IMG/VR virus record: IMGVR_UViG_3300017912_003473
Span: 1-42,648 of that record
Source of the DNA: a virus
Lineage: Duplodnaviria; Caudoviricetes
Direction: 5' to 3' (one strand)
Length of the DNA: 42,648 nucleotides
In this document: one piece after another, positions 16,593-26,910 of the stretch
How the letters are laid out: the number at the start of each line of letters is the position of its first letter
How positions within the stretch are numbered: position 1 is the stretch's first letter
Position numbers and translations under genes: made by a program
Notes under the pieces: generated by a model
Told to the model about the DNA's origin: nothing
What the model saw: the letters and a program-made list of their open reading frames with translations, nothing else
Database searches by the model: none

Positions 16593-18086
16593 ATGAGCTT
16601 CTACACAGTATCAGAGCAGCGAGCCAAAGAGCTTCTAGCTATGCCCGACGAACTGCCTACAAGACCGGCAGGCTGGACAGGCACAAGCATCCACGGCGGG
16701 CGACTTGGCCGCGAGTATGAACACCATCAAGAATGGGCAACGCCGAGACAGCGCGCATTCACCATCGGCAAGATGCTGCGAACGTCTGCACCACTTGCGC
16801 TTGCAGAGGAGTATCTCACCGGCCGCGTGACCGCTGTGCCGCTTATGGTGCAACGGAGCGAGGGCAAGAGCGAAGAGGCAGCAGAAGCGCTTGAGCGATG
16901 GCTAGGTATCGGAAGCCACGCAGAGAGCGGCGGCAGGCTCGGCGGCAATATGTCAATAGATGACTTGCTGCGGCATATGCTCTCGGCTCGCATCTATGGA
17001 CATTGCGCTATGTCCGAGGCTTGGCACTACGACGAGCAGCAAGGGCTTTATTTTTGCGAGCTGTTCAGGCGTCGACAAGAGAGCTATGACGCCTACGTAA
17101 CAGAAGAGCGCACAGATAGACTCGCCGGCATTGTTCAGCGCGTCGGCTATCAGTACGGCGGCATTGACCGCAAAGTGCTACCGCTCAATGAAACGCTATG
17201 GATTGTTCACCGTCCCGATCTCGGATGGTACGACGGCCGCTCAGTGCTTCGCTCGGTGTATCCACATTGGCGAAGCGAGCAGCTACGTTATCGACTCGAA
17301 GACCTCGCAGCCAACCGATGGGCAGCGCCACCGATGCAAGGCAAGCTAGACGTTGAAGCGTTCAGCAAGTTTGCGAACACAGGCGGCCAGCCTGTCACCC
17401 GTGACGATTACGTCAGCGAGTTGCAAGACATGCAAACAGAGCTGCGCACGCTGGACAGTGCAAGCGATGGCCATCTGTTGCACGCTTCATGGTGGGAGTT
17501 TGCGCCGGTCTCGCAAAGGCCCGGAAGCTATGACCCAGAGCCGCTGTTGCGCTCGGCTGAGCATCACCAGCGCTGCATGATGGAGAGGCTGTATATCAGC
17601 TGGCTCGGTCTCGGCAGGCAGGGCAGCGGCGGGGCGTACAACATGGCCAGCGTTCAGTCGCAGGTCATCCATGACGCGACGGTCGATTGCTTGCAGTGGC
17701 TATGCAACGCGCTCAACCGGCAAACGGCGCGGCGCTTCTTGAAGGCAAATTTCAGCAAACTAGATCCGTCAGAATATCCAGCGGTAACGTTTCAAGTCGG
17801 CGCAATCAAGACCCCGTGGTGGCAGCAGAACGCGCAAGCGTTCGCGCAGTTCGTATCGCAGGGCATCATCACAATGGGCGAGGGCGATGAGCGCGCTATC
17901 CGCGCTGCAAGCGATTTGCCACCACCAGAAGACGACCTACCCGATGCGCTTGACCGACAGGCCATGCAGGCAGGCGGCAGACTCAGGACACCGGCAGGAC
18001 AGCGCGAAGCACAGCGCCCAGGTGACAGCCGGAAGCAGGCTAACCCGTTTGTTGAGCGACTTGTCGAAGAAGGGCAAGAAGAATAA
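16593..18086 (+). CDS. Portal protein (Mu gp29/DUF935-like)
   Basis: 497 aa first head gene; YGHCAMSE.W, YDGRSVLRSVY..W, GSGGAYN, ERAIR pattern. Confidence 0.78.
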   Translation: MSFYTVSEQRAKELLAMPDELPTRPAGWTGTSIHGGRLGREYEHHQEWATPRQRAFTIGKMLRTSAPLALAEEYLTGRVTAVPLMVQRSEGKSEEAAEALERWLGIGSHAESGGRLGGNMSIDDLLRHMLSARIYGHCAMSEAWHYDEQQGLYFCELFRRRQESYDAYVTEERTDRLAGIVQRVGYQYGGIDRKVLPLNETLWIVHRPDLGWYDGRSVLRSVYPHWRSEQLRYRLEDLAANRWAAPPMQGKLDVEAFSKFANTGGQPVTRDDYVSELQDMQTELRTLDSASDGHLLHASWWEFAPVSQRPGSYDPEPLLRSAEHHQRCMMERLYISWLGLGRQGSGGAYNMASVQSQVIHDATVDCLQWLCNALNRQTARRFLKANFSKLDPSEYPAVTFQVGAIKTPWWQQNAQAFAQFVSQGIITMGEGDERAIRAASDLPPPEDDLPDALDRQAMQAGGRLRTPAGQREAQRPGDSRKQANPFVERLVEEGQEE

Positions 18087-20392
18087 TGCCAGTCACACGT
18101 TGCAGGCTAGGCGGCAAGCCAGGGTACAAGTTCGGCAGCCAGGGCAAGTGTTACACTTACACCGCAGGCAATGCCGAAGAGCGCACAGCGGCAAAGGCAG
18201 CAGCCGAGCGCCAGGGCGCGGCTATAGGTTATTACGCAGGTGAGATGGTCAAGCTTACGCAGTATGTCATCAAGGCTTTAGAGAAAGGCATCAAGCTTCA
18301 CGAGCAGGGCTTGAGCGGTGACGGCTTGCAGGATGAGACACTGCGATTCGCACGCGAGGGCATCGAGAGCGGAGAGTGGCCAGCTGACAAGATCTTAAAG
18401 GCATCGGCTTGGTTTGCGCGCCATGTTGCAGACCGCGAGCGTATGAATGAACCGGCCAAGTGGGACGAGCCGCCGAGATATTCACCTGCTTATGTTGCAT
18501 GGCTATTGTGGGGCAGCGATTCAGACGACAAGGGGCGCGATTACATTGACCGAAAGGCCGATGAGCTGCGCGAGCGCATGGAGCTGGCCGAGTCTGACCC
18601 AAGCACGCCGGCACCACCGGAAGACAGAATCAAGGGCAGCGAAGTTAATGAGCCGGGCAGCGCATCGGCGGACGGTGACGACATAAAGCTCAACGAGGCG
18701 ACGACGAAGGCGCTAGAGGCCAAGGTAGAGCAGCACAACAAGGAGCACACTGGCAAGGGCCAACGCGTCACGCTCGACATGCTGAAGAAAGTTTACCGAC
18801 GCGGCGCGGGCGCTTACTCAACGTCGCACCGGCCAAACGTCACGCGGGCAGCGTGGGCGATGGCACGCGTAAACGCCTTTTTGAAGCTCGTCGCCGACGG
18901 CAAGCCAGCAAATGCGAACTATATCACCGACAACGACCTGCTGCCTACCGGGCATCCACTGAACAAAGAGGCGGACAAAATGGAAGCTACACAAACGAAT
19001 GACGAGCTTGGCTACAAGAAGCGCGACGAGGAGATGGCCTACGATGAAGAGATGGGCCACGACGACGAGATGATGAAGGACGAAGAGATGGCTGTCGAGA
19101 TTGACGGCGACTTGCACGTAATGAGACTTGGCCCACTTCACGACCTGATGAACGGTGAACTTGTCATTGACCTCGACGAAGCTATGGCCAAGACCATCGC
19201 AGAGAATACCCAGATGATGATAGACAGCGGCCATCATCTGCCGATTAGCTTTGAGCACGGTATCGAAGGCGGGCAGCGCGGTGAGCGCGGCGCAGACAGG
19301 CGGCCATATGGCCACATAACTAAGGTCTACTACGTAGAAGGCGAGGGCATCTACGCATCCAAAGTTTGGTCTAAGCTTGGTCAGCGTCTAGTCGCTGAGA
19401 GTATGTCAGCAGACGGCGAATCATCGCTGAGGGTGTCACCGCGCGTCAACAGCTCAACCATCTATTCACCAGAGACCGGCGAAGAGATGGGAGCAGGCGG
19501 CGTTATTGACGTTGTAAGCCTGACAACCATGCCTCGTCAAAACCGGATGAGATATGTGCCAATGTCGCGCCCGACGTTGCCAAACGAAACGACAGTTGAA
19601 ACCATTGAAGATGACAACATCACCGGCCGTAATGAAGCGGCTACACCAACAACACAGGAGAGGATCCTAATGACTGAAAAGAAAGCGAAAGCTGAAGAGG
19701 TCGTCGAGGTTCTGTTCGCGCGTGGCTCGCAGGACCACGATGCGCTCTGTGAGGCCGTTGGCATTGAGGGCAAAGCAGACGCGGCAGCAATCGTTGCGCG
19801 TGTTGCTGAACTCAGCCGCGTAAACGCCGAGCAGACGACAGAGCTGTCACGATATCGCAAAGAGCAGCAAGAGCGCGAAGTCGCAAAGCGAGAGGCCGAG
19901 GTTGACGGCCTTTTGGCAGAGCATGACTTGGACGAGAAAGAAGCTCTGTTCTACCGCGCTGTACTTTTGGGCGAAGACAAGACAAGCGCAGAGCTTGCAC
20001 GCAACACGCTTCTGAGCCGCAGCACACCCGACCCGCTAGAGGTTGTGAACGCTGCGATTGAAGAAGCAAAGACACGCGGCGCTGTCGCCGCTGACTTCGA
20101 GTTGAGCGAGAAGGCTGTTGAGCTTGCCAAGCTTAACCCAGAGGTTGTTGTCGAGATGCTGAAGTGCAACCCGGACGCTGCGGTTGTTCCTGTTGGTGAA
20201 GCCAAGGGCAGCGACAATGCAGGTCTTGACGTGAGCGTCGAGATGAGCCGAGAAGACGCAGCCGCTGAGCTTTCACGCGCAGCACGACGAATTTTTAATG
20301 AAGCACAGCAGGCCGGACAAAATTTGTCGCTTGCTGACTGTCACGCAAAGGCTCGCGCAGAACGCGTCGACCTTGCTGAAATTGTAAAGTGA
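18086..20392 (+). CDS. Multidomain head maturation protease / scaffold
   Basis: Between portal and capsid genes; Mu gpI-like segment (ISFEHG, VSPRV, VSLTTMP) followed by an acidic helical scaffold; extra N-terminal domains. Confidence 0.75.
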   Translation: MPVTRCRLGGKPGYKFGSQGKCYTYTAGNAEERTAAKAAAERQGAAIGYYAGEMVKLTQYVIKALEKGIKLHEQGLSGDGLQDETLRFAREGIESGEWPADKILKASAWFARHVADRERMNEPAKWDEPPRYSPAYVAWLLWGSDSDDKGRDYIDRKADELRERMELAESDPSTPAPPEDRIKGSEVNEPGSASADGDDIKLNEATTKALEAKVEQHNKEHTGKGQRVTLDMLKKVYRRGAGAYSTSHRPNVTRAAWAMARVNAFLKLVADGKPANANYITDNDLLPTGHPLNKEADKMEATQTNDELGYKKRDEEMAYDEEMGHDDEMMKDEEMAVEIDGDLHVMRLGPLHDLMNGELVIDLDEAMAKTIAENTQMMIDSGHHLPISFEHGIEGGQRGERGADRRPYGHITKVYYVEGEGIYASKVWSKLGQRLVAESMSADGESSLRVSPRVNSSTIYSPETGEEMGAGGVIDVVSLTTMPRQNRMRYVPMSRPTLPNETTVETIEDDNITGRNEAATPTTQERILMTEKKAKAEEVVEVLFARGSQDHDALCEAVGIEGKADAAAIVARVAELSRVNAEQTTELSRYRKEQQEREVAKREAEVDGLLAEHDLDEKEALFYRAVLLGEDKTSAELARNTLLSRSTPDPLEVVNAAIEEAKTRGAVAADFELSEKAVELAKLNPEVVVEMLKCNPDAAVVPVGEAKGSDNAGLDVSVEMSREDAAAELSRAARRIFNEAQQAGQNLSLADCHAKARAERVDLAEIVK
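19025..19093 (+). repeat. 18-nt coding repeat (DEEMxx x4)
   Basis: DEEMAY DEEMGH DDEMMK DEEMA. Confidence 0.7.
19670..20392 (+). CDS. Putative nested in-frame scaffold protein
   Basis: AGGAGAGG SD before an in-frame ATG (MTEKKAK...), analogous to lambda Nu3 in C and Mu Z in I. Confidence 0.6.
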   Translation: MTEKKAKAEEVVEVLFARGSQDHDALCEAVGIEGKADAAAIVARVAELSRVNAEQTTELSRYRKEQQEREVAKREAEVDGLLAEHDLDEKEALFYRAVLLGEDKTSAELARNTLLSRSTPDPLEVVNAAIEEAKTRGAVAADFELSEKAVELAKLNPEVVVEMLKCNPDAAVVPVGEAKGSDNAGLDVSVEMSREDAAAELSRAARRIFNEAQQAGQNLSLADCHAKARAERVDLAEIVK

Positions 20393-20400
20393 GGTAAACA

Positions 20401-20799
20401 ATGTCTCTATTCGTAGAAATCGAGAAAGACAAGGGCGCAAGCGTTGCGGCTGATGCTATCAGCGAGGGTCGATTCCTCAAGCGTGGCGGCGCTGGTTCTG
20501 TGGAGCACGAGACAGATAGCACTGCTGCTGTTCTCGGTGTGTCTGCTGCATCTGCTGCCAATGGCGAGCAGGTCCGCGTGTATCTTCCCGGCCAGTATTG
20601 CCGCGTTCAAGCTGGCGTCAACCTTGACCCAAGCAACGCAGCTCACCGCTATCTGTCAGCTGGCGCTGATGGAAAGGCTGAGGTTGCTGCGGCTAACGAC
20701 TGCATTGCAGCGCTATGGCTTCCAAGCGGGGCTATTGATCCAGCTGCCGACGATTTTATCACTGTCCTGTTGACTGACCAGTCAGCGTTCAAAGCTTAA
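20401..20799 (+). CDS. Capsid decoration/cement protein (DUF2190-like)
   Basis: 132 aa Ala/Gly-rich; VLGVS...ANGEQVRV...G..RVQAG...ADGKA; immediately before the major capsid gene. Confidence 0.7.
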   Translation: MSLFVEIEKDKGASVAADAISEGRFLKRGGAGSVEHETDSTAAVLGVSAASAANGEQVRVYLPGQYCRVQAGVNLDPSNAAHRYLSAGADGKAEVAAANDCIAALWLPSGAIDPAADDFITVLLTDQSAFKA

Positions 20800-20812
20800 G
20801 GAGTGAGATCAA

Positions 20813-21919
20813 ATGGCTCTTAACTACGCACAGAAGAATCCTCGCTCTATATTGCGAGATTATCTTGTTGACCCTAGCCCAGCGCTGAAGAAGGGTTATG
20901 CACACCCGAAGATTTTCGGCATTCCACAAATGGGTGAAGGTGCTGTCGCATCAGGTCGCGCTGTTGACCTCGGTGACTCACGCATTCTCAACGGTACATT
21001 GCTCGTCCGCAGCCAGCGAGACCTGCTTGCAAGCGCCGCAGACCGCAGCGCTGTGGCACAGAAGCCAGGCGACCCGCGAGACTTGGTTGAGGGCTTCGCT
21101 CTCGATCAAATCAACTTTGACATGGAGCAATTCTCCGCGTTCACACGCGAGAAGATTGCAAATATCGAGAACGGCTTCTCAGAAGACGAAGAGCGACACA
21201 TGGCCGCAATGGTTGCCGATAGCGTCTGCAAGAAAATCGAGCTGTACTGCTCGGACTTCTTCACCGCTCTTGCTGCTGAGTCTGCGACAGCATCAACCAC
21301 AGGTGGGTGGACAGAGCTTGACTGGCAGGGCGCGACAATCGGTGGCAATGCCATCGGCACAAGCACCAACGCTATTAGCTCGCTACACCGCGCAGTGATG
21401 GCCACTAAGCTCGCAGCGGGCGGCAGTGACATCAACTTCATGTGTATGGGTCAAGGCGTCTTCGAGCGCTTGCAACGCGACGCTGAATTGCTCGGCCGCA
21501 TCATTAACGGCAGCAACTATGCTGTGCAGGGTGAGGCTGTTGCACCACCATCGGTTGCTATGGAAGTCCTCAAGCAGCACCTCGGCATCGAAGAGATTGT
21601 TGTCGCATCGGCAGCGCAGGCTGACGTTAAGCGCGGCGCTTCTTGGACACCAGCAAGCGACAACAGTTATCTATGGCCAAGCGACCGCATCTTCATCGGT
21701 AACGCTGGCAGCATGGATGTTTCTGTCCGCAACGCTGACCGACCACGCGTTCTTAACGACGCTGGCTGCTTCGGCGCATTCTACTCGAAGGTCTACGAGA
21801 CAGACATTGGCTACGAAGCCAAGGTCGGCCCGCAGTTCTTGGAGTGTGCTGTTGACACTTGGCTCTCGATGGTTGCACTTGTTCCTCAGAAGGGCGCAAT
21901 CATCCACAACATGGACTAA
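20813..21919 (+). CDS. Major capsid protein
   Basis: 368 aa, strong SD AAGGAG, position after scaffold/decoration; MCMGQGVFERLQ pattern. Confidence 0.8.
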   Translation: MALNYAQKNPRSILRDYLVDPSPALKKGYAHPKIFGIPQMGEGAVASGRAVDLGDSRILNGTLLVRSQRDLLASAADRSAVAQKPGDPRDLVEGFALDQINFDMEQFSAFTREKIANIENGFSEDEERHMAAMVADSVCKKIELYCSDFFTALAAESATASTTGGWTELDWQGATIGGNAIGTSTNAISSLHRAVMATKLAAGGSDINFMCMGQGVFERLQRDAELLGRIINGSNYAVQGEAVAPPSVAMEVLKQHLGIEEIVVASAAQADVKRGASWTPASDNSYLWPSDRIFIGNAGSMDVSVRNADRPRVLNDAGCFGAFYSKVYETDIGYEAKVGPQFLECAVDTWLSMVALVPQKGAIIHNMD

Positions 21920-21921
21920 GC

Positions 21922-22344
21922 ATGTTGTTGAAGCCTTATCAAAGCCGGTTATCGGTTCTGATAGATGACAAGCGTGCTGTCGTATATCGCGGCGGCACTG
22001 CTTATCTGAGCGACCTGCGCGCGTCTAAAATCCAAGAGGCGCACGTGGGTTCACTCATTCCGATTGAGGCAAAGGCCGAGCAGCCTGAGCCAGAGCCGCA
22101 AGCCGAGTTGGAGCTTGAGCAGGCGGCTGAGCCTACATCGCAAGACGATGAGGCCGATGTCGTTGAGGTGTTCGTCGAAGACTTGCGCGAGGCCGTTGAG
22201 GGCTTGCATCATTCAAGCCGGCGAGCCGTAGCCCGCAAGCTAGGCGGTGACGATGACATCAATACAAAAGACGCAGACGAGCTAATTGCAGCCGCGTCTG
22301 ACGACGAACTACAAGAGGCAGCACGCGACCATCTGGGAGGTTAA
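21922..22344 (+). CDS. Acidic hypothetical protein, possible C-terminal HeH/Rho-N-like motif
   Basis: ATG 2 nt after the capsid stop. Confidence 0.55.
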   Translation: MLLKPYQSRLSVLIDDKRAVVYRGGTAYLSDLRASKIQEAHVGSLIPIEAKAEQPEPEPQAELELEQAAEPTSQDDEADVVEVFVEDLREAVEGLHHSSRRAVARKLGGDDDINTKDADELIAAASDDELQEAARDHLGG

Positions 22345-22347
22345 GCA

Positions 22348-23328
22348 ATGGCTGACCCAGACCGAAGCGCGTTTCTCGATGCGCTAGACAAGCGGCTGCG
22401 AACACAAGACAAAACAGCAGAGCGTTTCGGCAAGAACATCGACGACATGGCCGAGAACATTGGCCGGCGTCTCGCTGCGACTTTAGGCGCTGACCCCGAT
22501 GACGTATTTCCAAGGCGCGGTAACGATGGGCGCAACGTCGGCAACACAGACTTCGAGCGCAACATATCAGGGCTTGGCGAGGCAGCGCGAATCAAGGCGG
22601 CAGTGCTGTCGACATCGATGGCAGAGCTGGAAGAGTTCGTCAACGCATCGGGCATGGAGCGCGGAACTGTGATTATGTCTGACGGTTTTAAAAAGCTCGC
22701 AGGGCTTGCCGAAGAAAGCGCAGCGCTTGCTGGTATACCTAACGTGAGAGGCTCGCTCGATACAGCAGCAGCGACGGCGCTGATGGGCGGCTATGTCACC
22801 GGGCGCATTGCTGAAGATTTAGTGGGCAACCTGTCGAGAGCTTCAGCTCAACGGATACGCGGCGCGATGATATCAAACCTCGGCATGATGTCGATGACTG
22901 AGGTGGCCAGCCGTATTGCCGAAGAGGAGAAGCTCAGCGTGGGCCGTGCGACGACCGAAGCCAGGACAAGAATGGCAGAGGCTGACAGGTTTGCAAATCA
23001 GGTTGTAGCAGACACGATTGACCCGGACGGTGAGGATACGCTGCTCGTTTACATGGGGCCGCAAGACGGCATTACGCGCAAGTTCTGCGACCTGCTAGTG
23101 GGCAAAGCTTTCACCACTGAAGAGTTCGAGGCAGCAAACAATCACCAGACAGCAACGCACCCAAGAATCAGCGGAGGCGGCTACAATTGCCGTCATGCCG
23201 TGACGCCGATGCCAAACTCACCGTCGGCGCTTGAGGTCATGGGTATAGAGCGCGGCTCAGCGGAAGACGTGGCAGCAGCGAGCGCAGCAGCAAAGGCAGC
23301 AAGAAAGAAGAAGAAGAGGCGACGATGA
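22348..23328 (+). CDS. Head morphogenesis/minor capsid protein (Mu gpF / SPP1 gp7-like)
   Basis: C-terminal YMGPQDGITRKFC...GGGYNCRH. Confidence 0.75.
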   Translation: MADPDRSAFLDALDKRLRTQDKTAERFGKNIDDMAENIGRRLAATLGADPDDVFPRRGNDGRNVGNTDFERNISGLGEAARIKAAVLSTSMAELEEFVNASGMERGTVIMSDGFKKLAGLAEESAALAGIPNVRGSLDTAAATALMGGYVTGRIAEDLVGNLSRASAQRIRGAMISNLGMMSMTEVASRIAEEEKLSVGRATTEARTRMAEADRFANQVVADTIDPDGEDTLLVYMGPQDGITRKFCDLLVGKAFTTEEFEAANNHQTATHPRISGGGYNCRHAVTPMPNSPSALEVMGIERGSAEDVAAASAAAKAARKKKKRRR

Positions 23329-24317
23329 AGCAGATACAAATAGGGCGCGACTATGTTTTCAGGTGGACGCCGCAATACTTTGCAGGCGCATCGCCTAGCG
23401 TTACACTCAAAGCAAACGGGCTGAGCACTACACTCGCATTCACAGGCGGCGGTCTTGTGGCAAGCGTAAGCGGGTTTACAAATCGCAGGCAGCTCAACGG
23501 CGCAAGCAGCGCATCGGCGCTTGCAGGTCTAACGGGTGACTTTGGTGGGGCTACATGGTGGCTCTACTCACCCGGCGTCTATGCGATACCCGTAAAAGTG
23601 TCGCACTACGATGACGACCTCAACGCGTACATACTCAGCGAGCCGCTGCCGTTCGACCCGCCAGAAGGCGAAACGGCCAGCCTCAACCATCAAAACTTCA
23701 GTGTTGTTGTCGATGCTGACACGCTTGGGACTGACGTAGACCGAGCAGGCTTCTGGCAGGTTGATTATACAACCGACTTGAACCTTTCAGCTGTGGACAG
23801 CCGCGAGATAACGCAGAGCGAGCGCGGACGGCTGCGCGTTGTCAAATCGCCATTCCAGACAGGGCTAAGCGACCACGAGCTGAAAACGTTTGTGCCACAG
23901 CTAGGCATGACGCGGCCAGGTCTCTTCGATAGCTGGCTGCCGATGATTGAGGCGGTTGATCCAATAGACGAAATTGAGGCAGCGCTACCAAAGTCGAACT
24001 ACGTAGACCAGCTAGTCGGCGACCAGTTTCAGCGCTTTCACGCGTACCTTGTAGCCTATCATGCAGCAGCCGTAGGCTACGCGCCAGGGCTTGATCCAGA
24101 GCAGATGAGGGCAGCTGCTGACGCAGAGCTTGCGCGCTGTGTAGGTCGTCTACATTGGCTAGATAGCAACAGCGACGGCATCGTTGACGAGGGCGAGGGT
24201 AGCTTCGTCAGCAACACACTCGTCGGCTTGACGAGAACAAGTGCAGCGGACACACTGAAGCAGTACAACGACAAGCTGCGGCGGCGTCCCGTTTTAAACG
24301 ACCCAGATGACAGGTAA
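23325..24317 (+). CDS. Putative virion protein (possible head-tail adaptor)
   Basis: Coupled to the previous gene; DSNSDGIVDEGE Ca-binding-like loop. Confidence 0.5.
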   Translation: MKQIQIGRDYVFRWTPQYFAGASPSVTLKANGLSTTLAFTGGGLVASVSGFTNRRQLNGASSASALAGLTGDFGGATWWLYSPGVYAIPVKVSHYDDDLNAYILSEPLPFDPPEGETASLNHQNFSVVVDADTLGTDVDRAGFWQVDYTTDLNLSAVDSREITQSERGRLRVVKSPFQTGLSDHELKTFVPQLGMTRPGLFDSWLPMIEAVDPIDEIEAALPKSNYVDQLVGDQFQRFHAYLVAYHAAAVGYAPGLDPEQMRAAADAELARCVGRLHWLDSNSDGIVDEGEGSFVSNTLVGLTRTSAADTLKQYNDKLRRRPVLNDPDDR

Positions 24318-24327
24318 GAGGTAATTT

Positions 24328-24696
24328 ATGTCAATCAGAGATATCGAAGTCGCAGCCATCAGTCACAAGGTGGTGAGCGTAGTCACGGCAAGCTGGACAG
24401 TCACAGACTTGTCGACGTTTAGCGCAAACTCTGTCACAGCCGCACAGGCTGGCCGAGACATCGCACAGCTTGAGGTTAGCAACACCGGCGGCAACACCAT
24501 CGGCGTCAAGCTCTACAATGAGACGGGCAACCCGGCAGTTGATGCAAACGTGTTGCAGCTTGACTCAGGCAGCTCTGTCGTATTCCCCAAGGTGAGCGGG
24601 CTGCGATACGTTGCAACTAAATCGCTTGTGGGCGGCAGCGAAGCGTCAATCACTGTCTACAGCCACCAGACGGTAGGCACGAGCCCTTGGAGTTAA
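24328..24696 (+). CDS. Putative virion protein
   Basis: SD GAGGT; beta-rich 122 aa. Confidence 0.55.
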   Translation: MSIRDIEVAAISHKVVSVVTASWTVTDLSTFSANSVTAAQAGRDIAQLEVSNTGGNTIGVKLYNETGNPAVDANVLQLDSGSSVVFPKVSGLRYVATKSLVGGSEASITVYSHQTVGTSPWS

Positions 24697-24699
24697 GAC

Positions 24700-25233
24700 A
24701 TGGCTAGTCGTTACGGGATAACGCCGGGTCGCTCTGTTATACCTGCTGACTTGCGCGTCATCGGCGGCGATGTCATCGGCAGCGATGCAGAGCGCGATAC
24801 AAAGGTCAGCTTGACAACATCGCGCGCGCAGGTTGTCGTCGACAACGAGGTTAAGATTGACGCGCAGCCGTCATCGGTAACAATCAGCACGGGCAGCGGG
24901 CCAGGTGTAACGGTGGACAGCAACGGCAAGACCGTATTAGTCGCCCCGTTCGACACTGTGACAAGCTCAGACTCACCGCGCGCTGTTGCAGCCACCGACG
25001 CAGTGCTCGCAGTGAACACGAGCGGCGGCGCGGTAACCCTGAACTTTCCAGACCCGTCGACCATTCCGAGCGGGCAGATGTTCGTCGTTTGCGACCTCGG
25101 CAGCGCCGCGACAAATTCAATCACTTTGCAGTCAAGCGGGCACACCATAGGTGGTGCGTCGAGCCAGACATTAAACCAAAACCGCCAACAAGTGACAGTG
25201 ATGAGCGCTGGCACCGAGTGGCTATTATTCTGA
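24700..25233 (+). CDS. Short fibre-like virion protein
   Basis: VNTSGGAVTLNFP...GQMFVVCD...TIGG...W C-terminal domain typical of phage fibres. Confidence 0.65.
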   Translation: MASRYGITPGRSVIPADLRVIGGDVIGSDAERDTKVSLTTSRAQVVVDNEVKIDAQPSSVTISTGSGPGVTVDSNGKTVLVAPFDTVTSSDSPRAVAATDAVLAVNTSGGAVTLNFPDPSTIPSGQMFVVCDLGSAATNSITLQSSGHTIGGASSQTLNQNRQQVTVMSAGTEWLLF

Positions 25234-25247
25234 TTTGAGGGGCTTTC

Positions 25248-26807
25248 ATGAGTCACAAGTTTTATAAGGGCAACGTTGCCGCTGATGATATCACTTCGGG
25301 CACAGTCGCGGCTGCACGCTTGCCATCACTCGACGGCATTACAGCAGCAGCCGGCAACGTCGACGCAAACAGCAACAAGATTATCAATCTTGCCAACCCG
25401 TCAGCAGACGGAGACGCAGCACCGAAGAAGTGGATTGAGGACAACTTCGCAGCATCTGGCGACCTGTCCAGCTACTTGACGACAAGCGACGCTGCAAGCA
25501 CCTATCTCACACAGAGCAGCGCTTCGAGCACCTACGCGACCATCACATCGCTCAACAACGCCATCGAAGGGCTTGACCCAAAGCAGCTTTGCGAAGCAGC
25601 AACAACGGCAAACCTAAGCGCTTTCTCGTTCAGCGCTGGCACGCTCACAGAGTCGAGTGCATCGGGCGCATTGACCATCGACGGCGTTACGCTCGCAAAC
25701 GATGACCGCGTCCTTGTTAAGAACCAAAGCAGCGACGCGCAAAATGGTATTTACGTTTGCGCCAACATCGACGGCAGCAGCGCAGTCACATTGACACGCG
25801 CATCTGACAGCGACAGCGCGACCGGCCTTTCTGATGCTTACGTCTTTATCAAAGACGGCACAGCGAACGCTGGCAAAGGCTTCGTGCAGACTGCATCAAT
25901 CTCGACAATCAACAGCGATACTGTGACTTTCACGCAGTTCACGTCCGCTGCTTCTTCACTCACACAAGAGCAGGTCGAAGACTTCGCAGGCGCACTCGTC
26001 GCAACAGGTGGCACCAAGACCGGTATTACAGTCACTTATGATGACGCGAATGGCGACATGGATTTCGTCGTCTCTGACTTGACAGTCGCAGGCGACAGCG
26101 GCTCGACGGGTATGACCCCAGGAGACACGCTCACCGTAGCAGGCGGTGGGGATGTCACGACCGCGATGTCAGGCGATACGCTCACCATCTCAGCAAGCAA
26201 GCGCACACAAGAAGAGGTTGAAGACTTCGCGGCTGGCCTAATCACGGGTGCCACGCACACAGGTCTGTCTGTGAGCTACGACGACGCAAACGGGCAGCTT
26301 GCGTTTACCACCGACTTGACCACATCGAATATCGGCACCTACGCTGTGACGAGCGGCAATATCAGCAGCTACGCAGTGACAAGCGTTGTCTCGGCAGATG
26401 CTGACCTGCTCACGGCGACCAACGCAGGATTTGGCCAGTATTCGCTCGATTTGCCAGACTTCAAGAAGGTAACAGTCGAAGAGGTGTCAAGCTCTGTCTT
26501 CATCGACGCAGCACACACCATCACGCGAGCAAACGCCAAGCAGCTTTACGTGTTCACCATCACCGATGACCGCACACTGACGCTGCCGCGCGTCTCGACC
26601 ACTTCTCAGTATTTCCCCGTTGGCGGTCAAATCCAGGTTAAGCTGTTGAGCGCAACAAGCGGCAAGTCGCTGACGGTCTCGCGATACTCGACAGACAAGA
26701 TTGACGGCACAGCCGCAAACGTGTCACTTGACACTGACGGTGAGGCTTTGACCTTTACAGCTGTTGCCGCTTCTGGCGATAGTACATCTGTTTGGGTTAT
26801 CAGCTAA
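25248..26807 (+). CDS. Fibre protein
   Basis: Thr/Ser/Ala-rich; GLDPKQ..AATT...IDGVTL...RVLVKNQ...QNGIY domain; two TQE.VEDF...YDDANG repeats; fibre-type C-terminus. Confidence 0.8.
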   Translation: MSHKFYKGNVAADDITSGTVAAARLPSLDGITAAAGNVDANSNKIINLANPSADGDAAPKKWIEDNFAASGDLSSYLTTSDAASTYLTQSSASSTYATITSLNNAIEGLDPKQLCEAATTANLSAFSFSAGTLTESSASGALTIDGVTLANDDRVLVKNQSSDAQNGIYVCANIDGSSAVTLTRASDSDSATGLSDAYVFIKDGTANAGKGFVQTASISTINSDTVTFTQFTSAASSLTQEQVEDFAGALVATGGTKTGITVTYDDANGDMDFVVSDLTVAGDSGSTGMTPGDTLTVAGGGDVTTAMSGDTLTISASKRTQEEVEDFAAGLITGATHTGLSVSYDDANGQLAFTTDLTTSNIGTYAVTSGNISSYAVTSVVSADADLLTATNAGFGQYSLDLPDFKKVTVEEVSSSVFIDAAHTITRANAKQLYVFTITDDRTLTLPRVSTTSQYFPVGGQIQVKLLSATSGKSLTVSRYSTDKIDGTAANVSLDTDGEALTFTAVAASGDSTSVWVIS

Positions 26808-26812
26808 TTAAT

Positions 26813-26875
26813 GTCCGGCGAATTTCGGAGCTCAACTTGTTTTTTATCAGATTGAGCTCAGGAATTCGCCGAGAC
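26813..26875. other. Long intergenic inverted repeat (about 20-bp stem)
   Basis: CGGCGAATTTCGGAGCTCAA...TTGAGCTCAGGAATTCGCCG with a 16-nt loop. Confidence 0.75.
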
Positions 26876-26910
26876 TTTAATCTCCAACAAAGCAAGCAGG
26901 AGAGCGCAGC

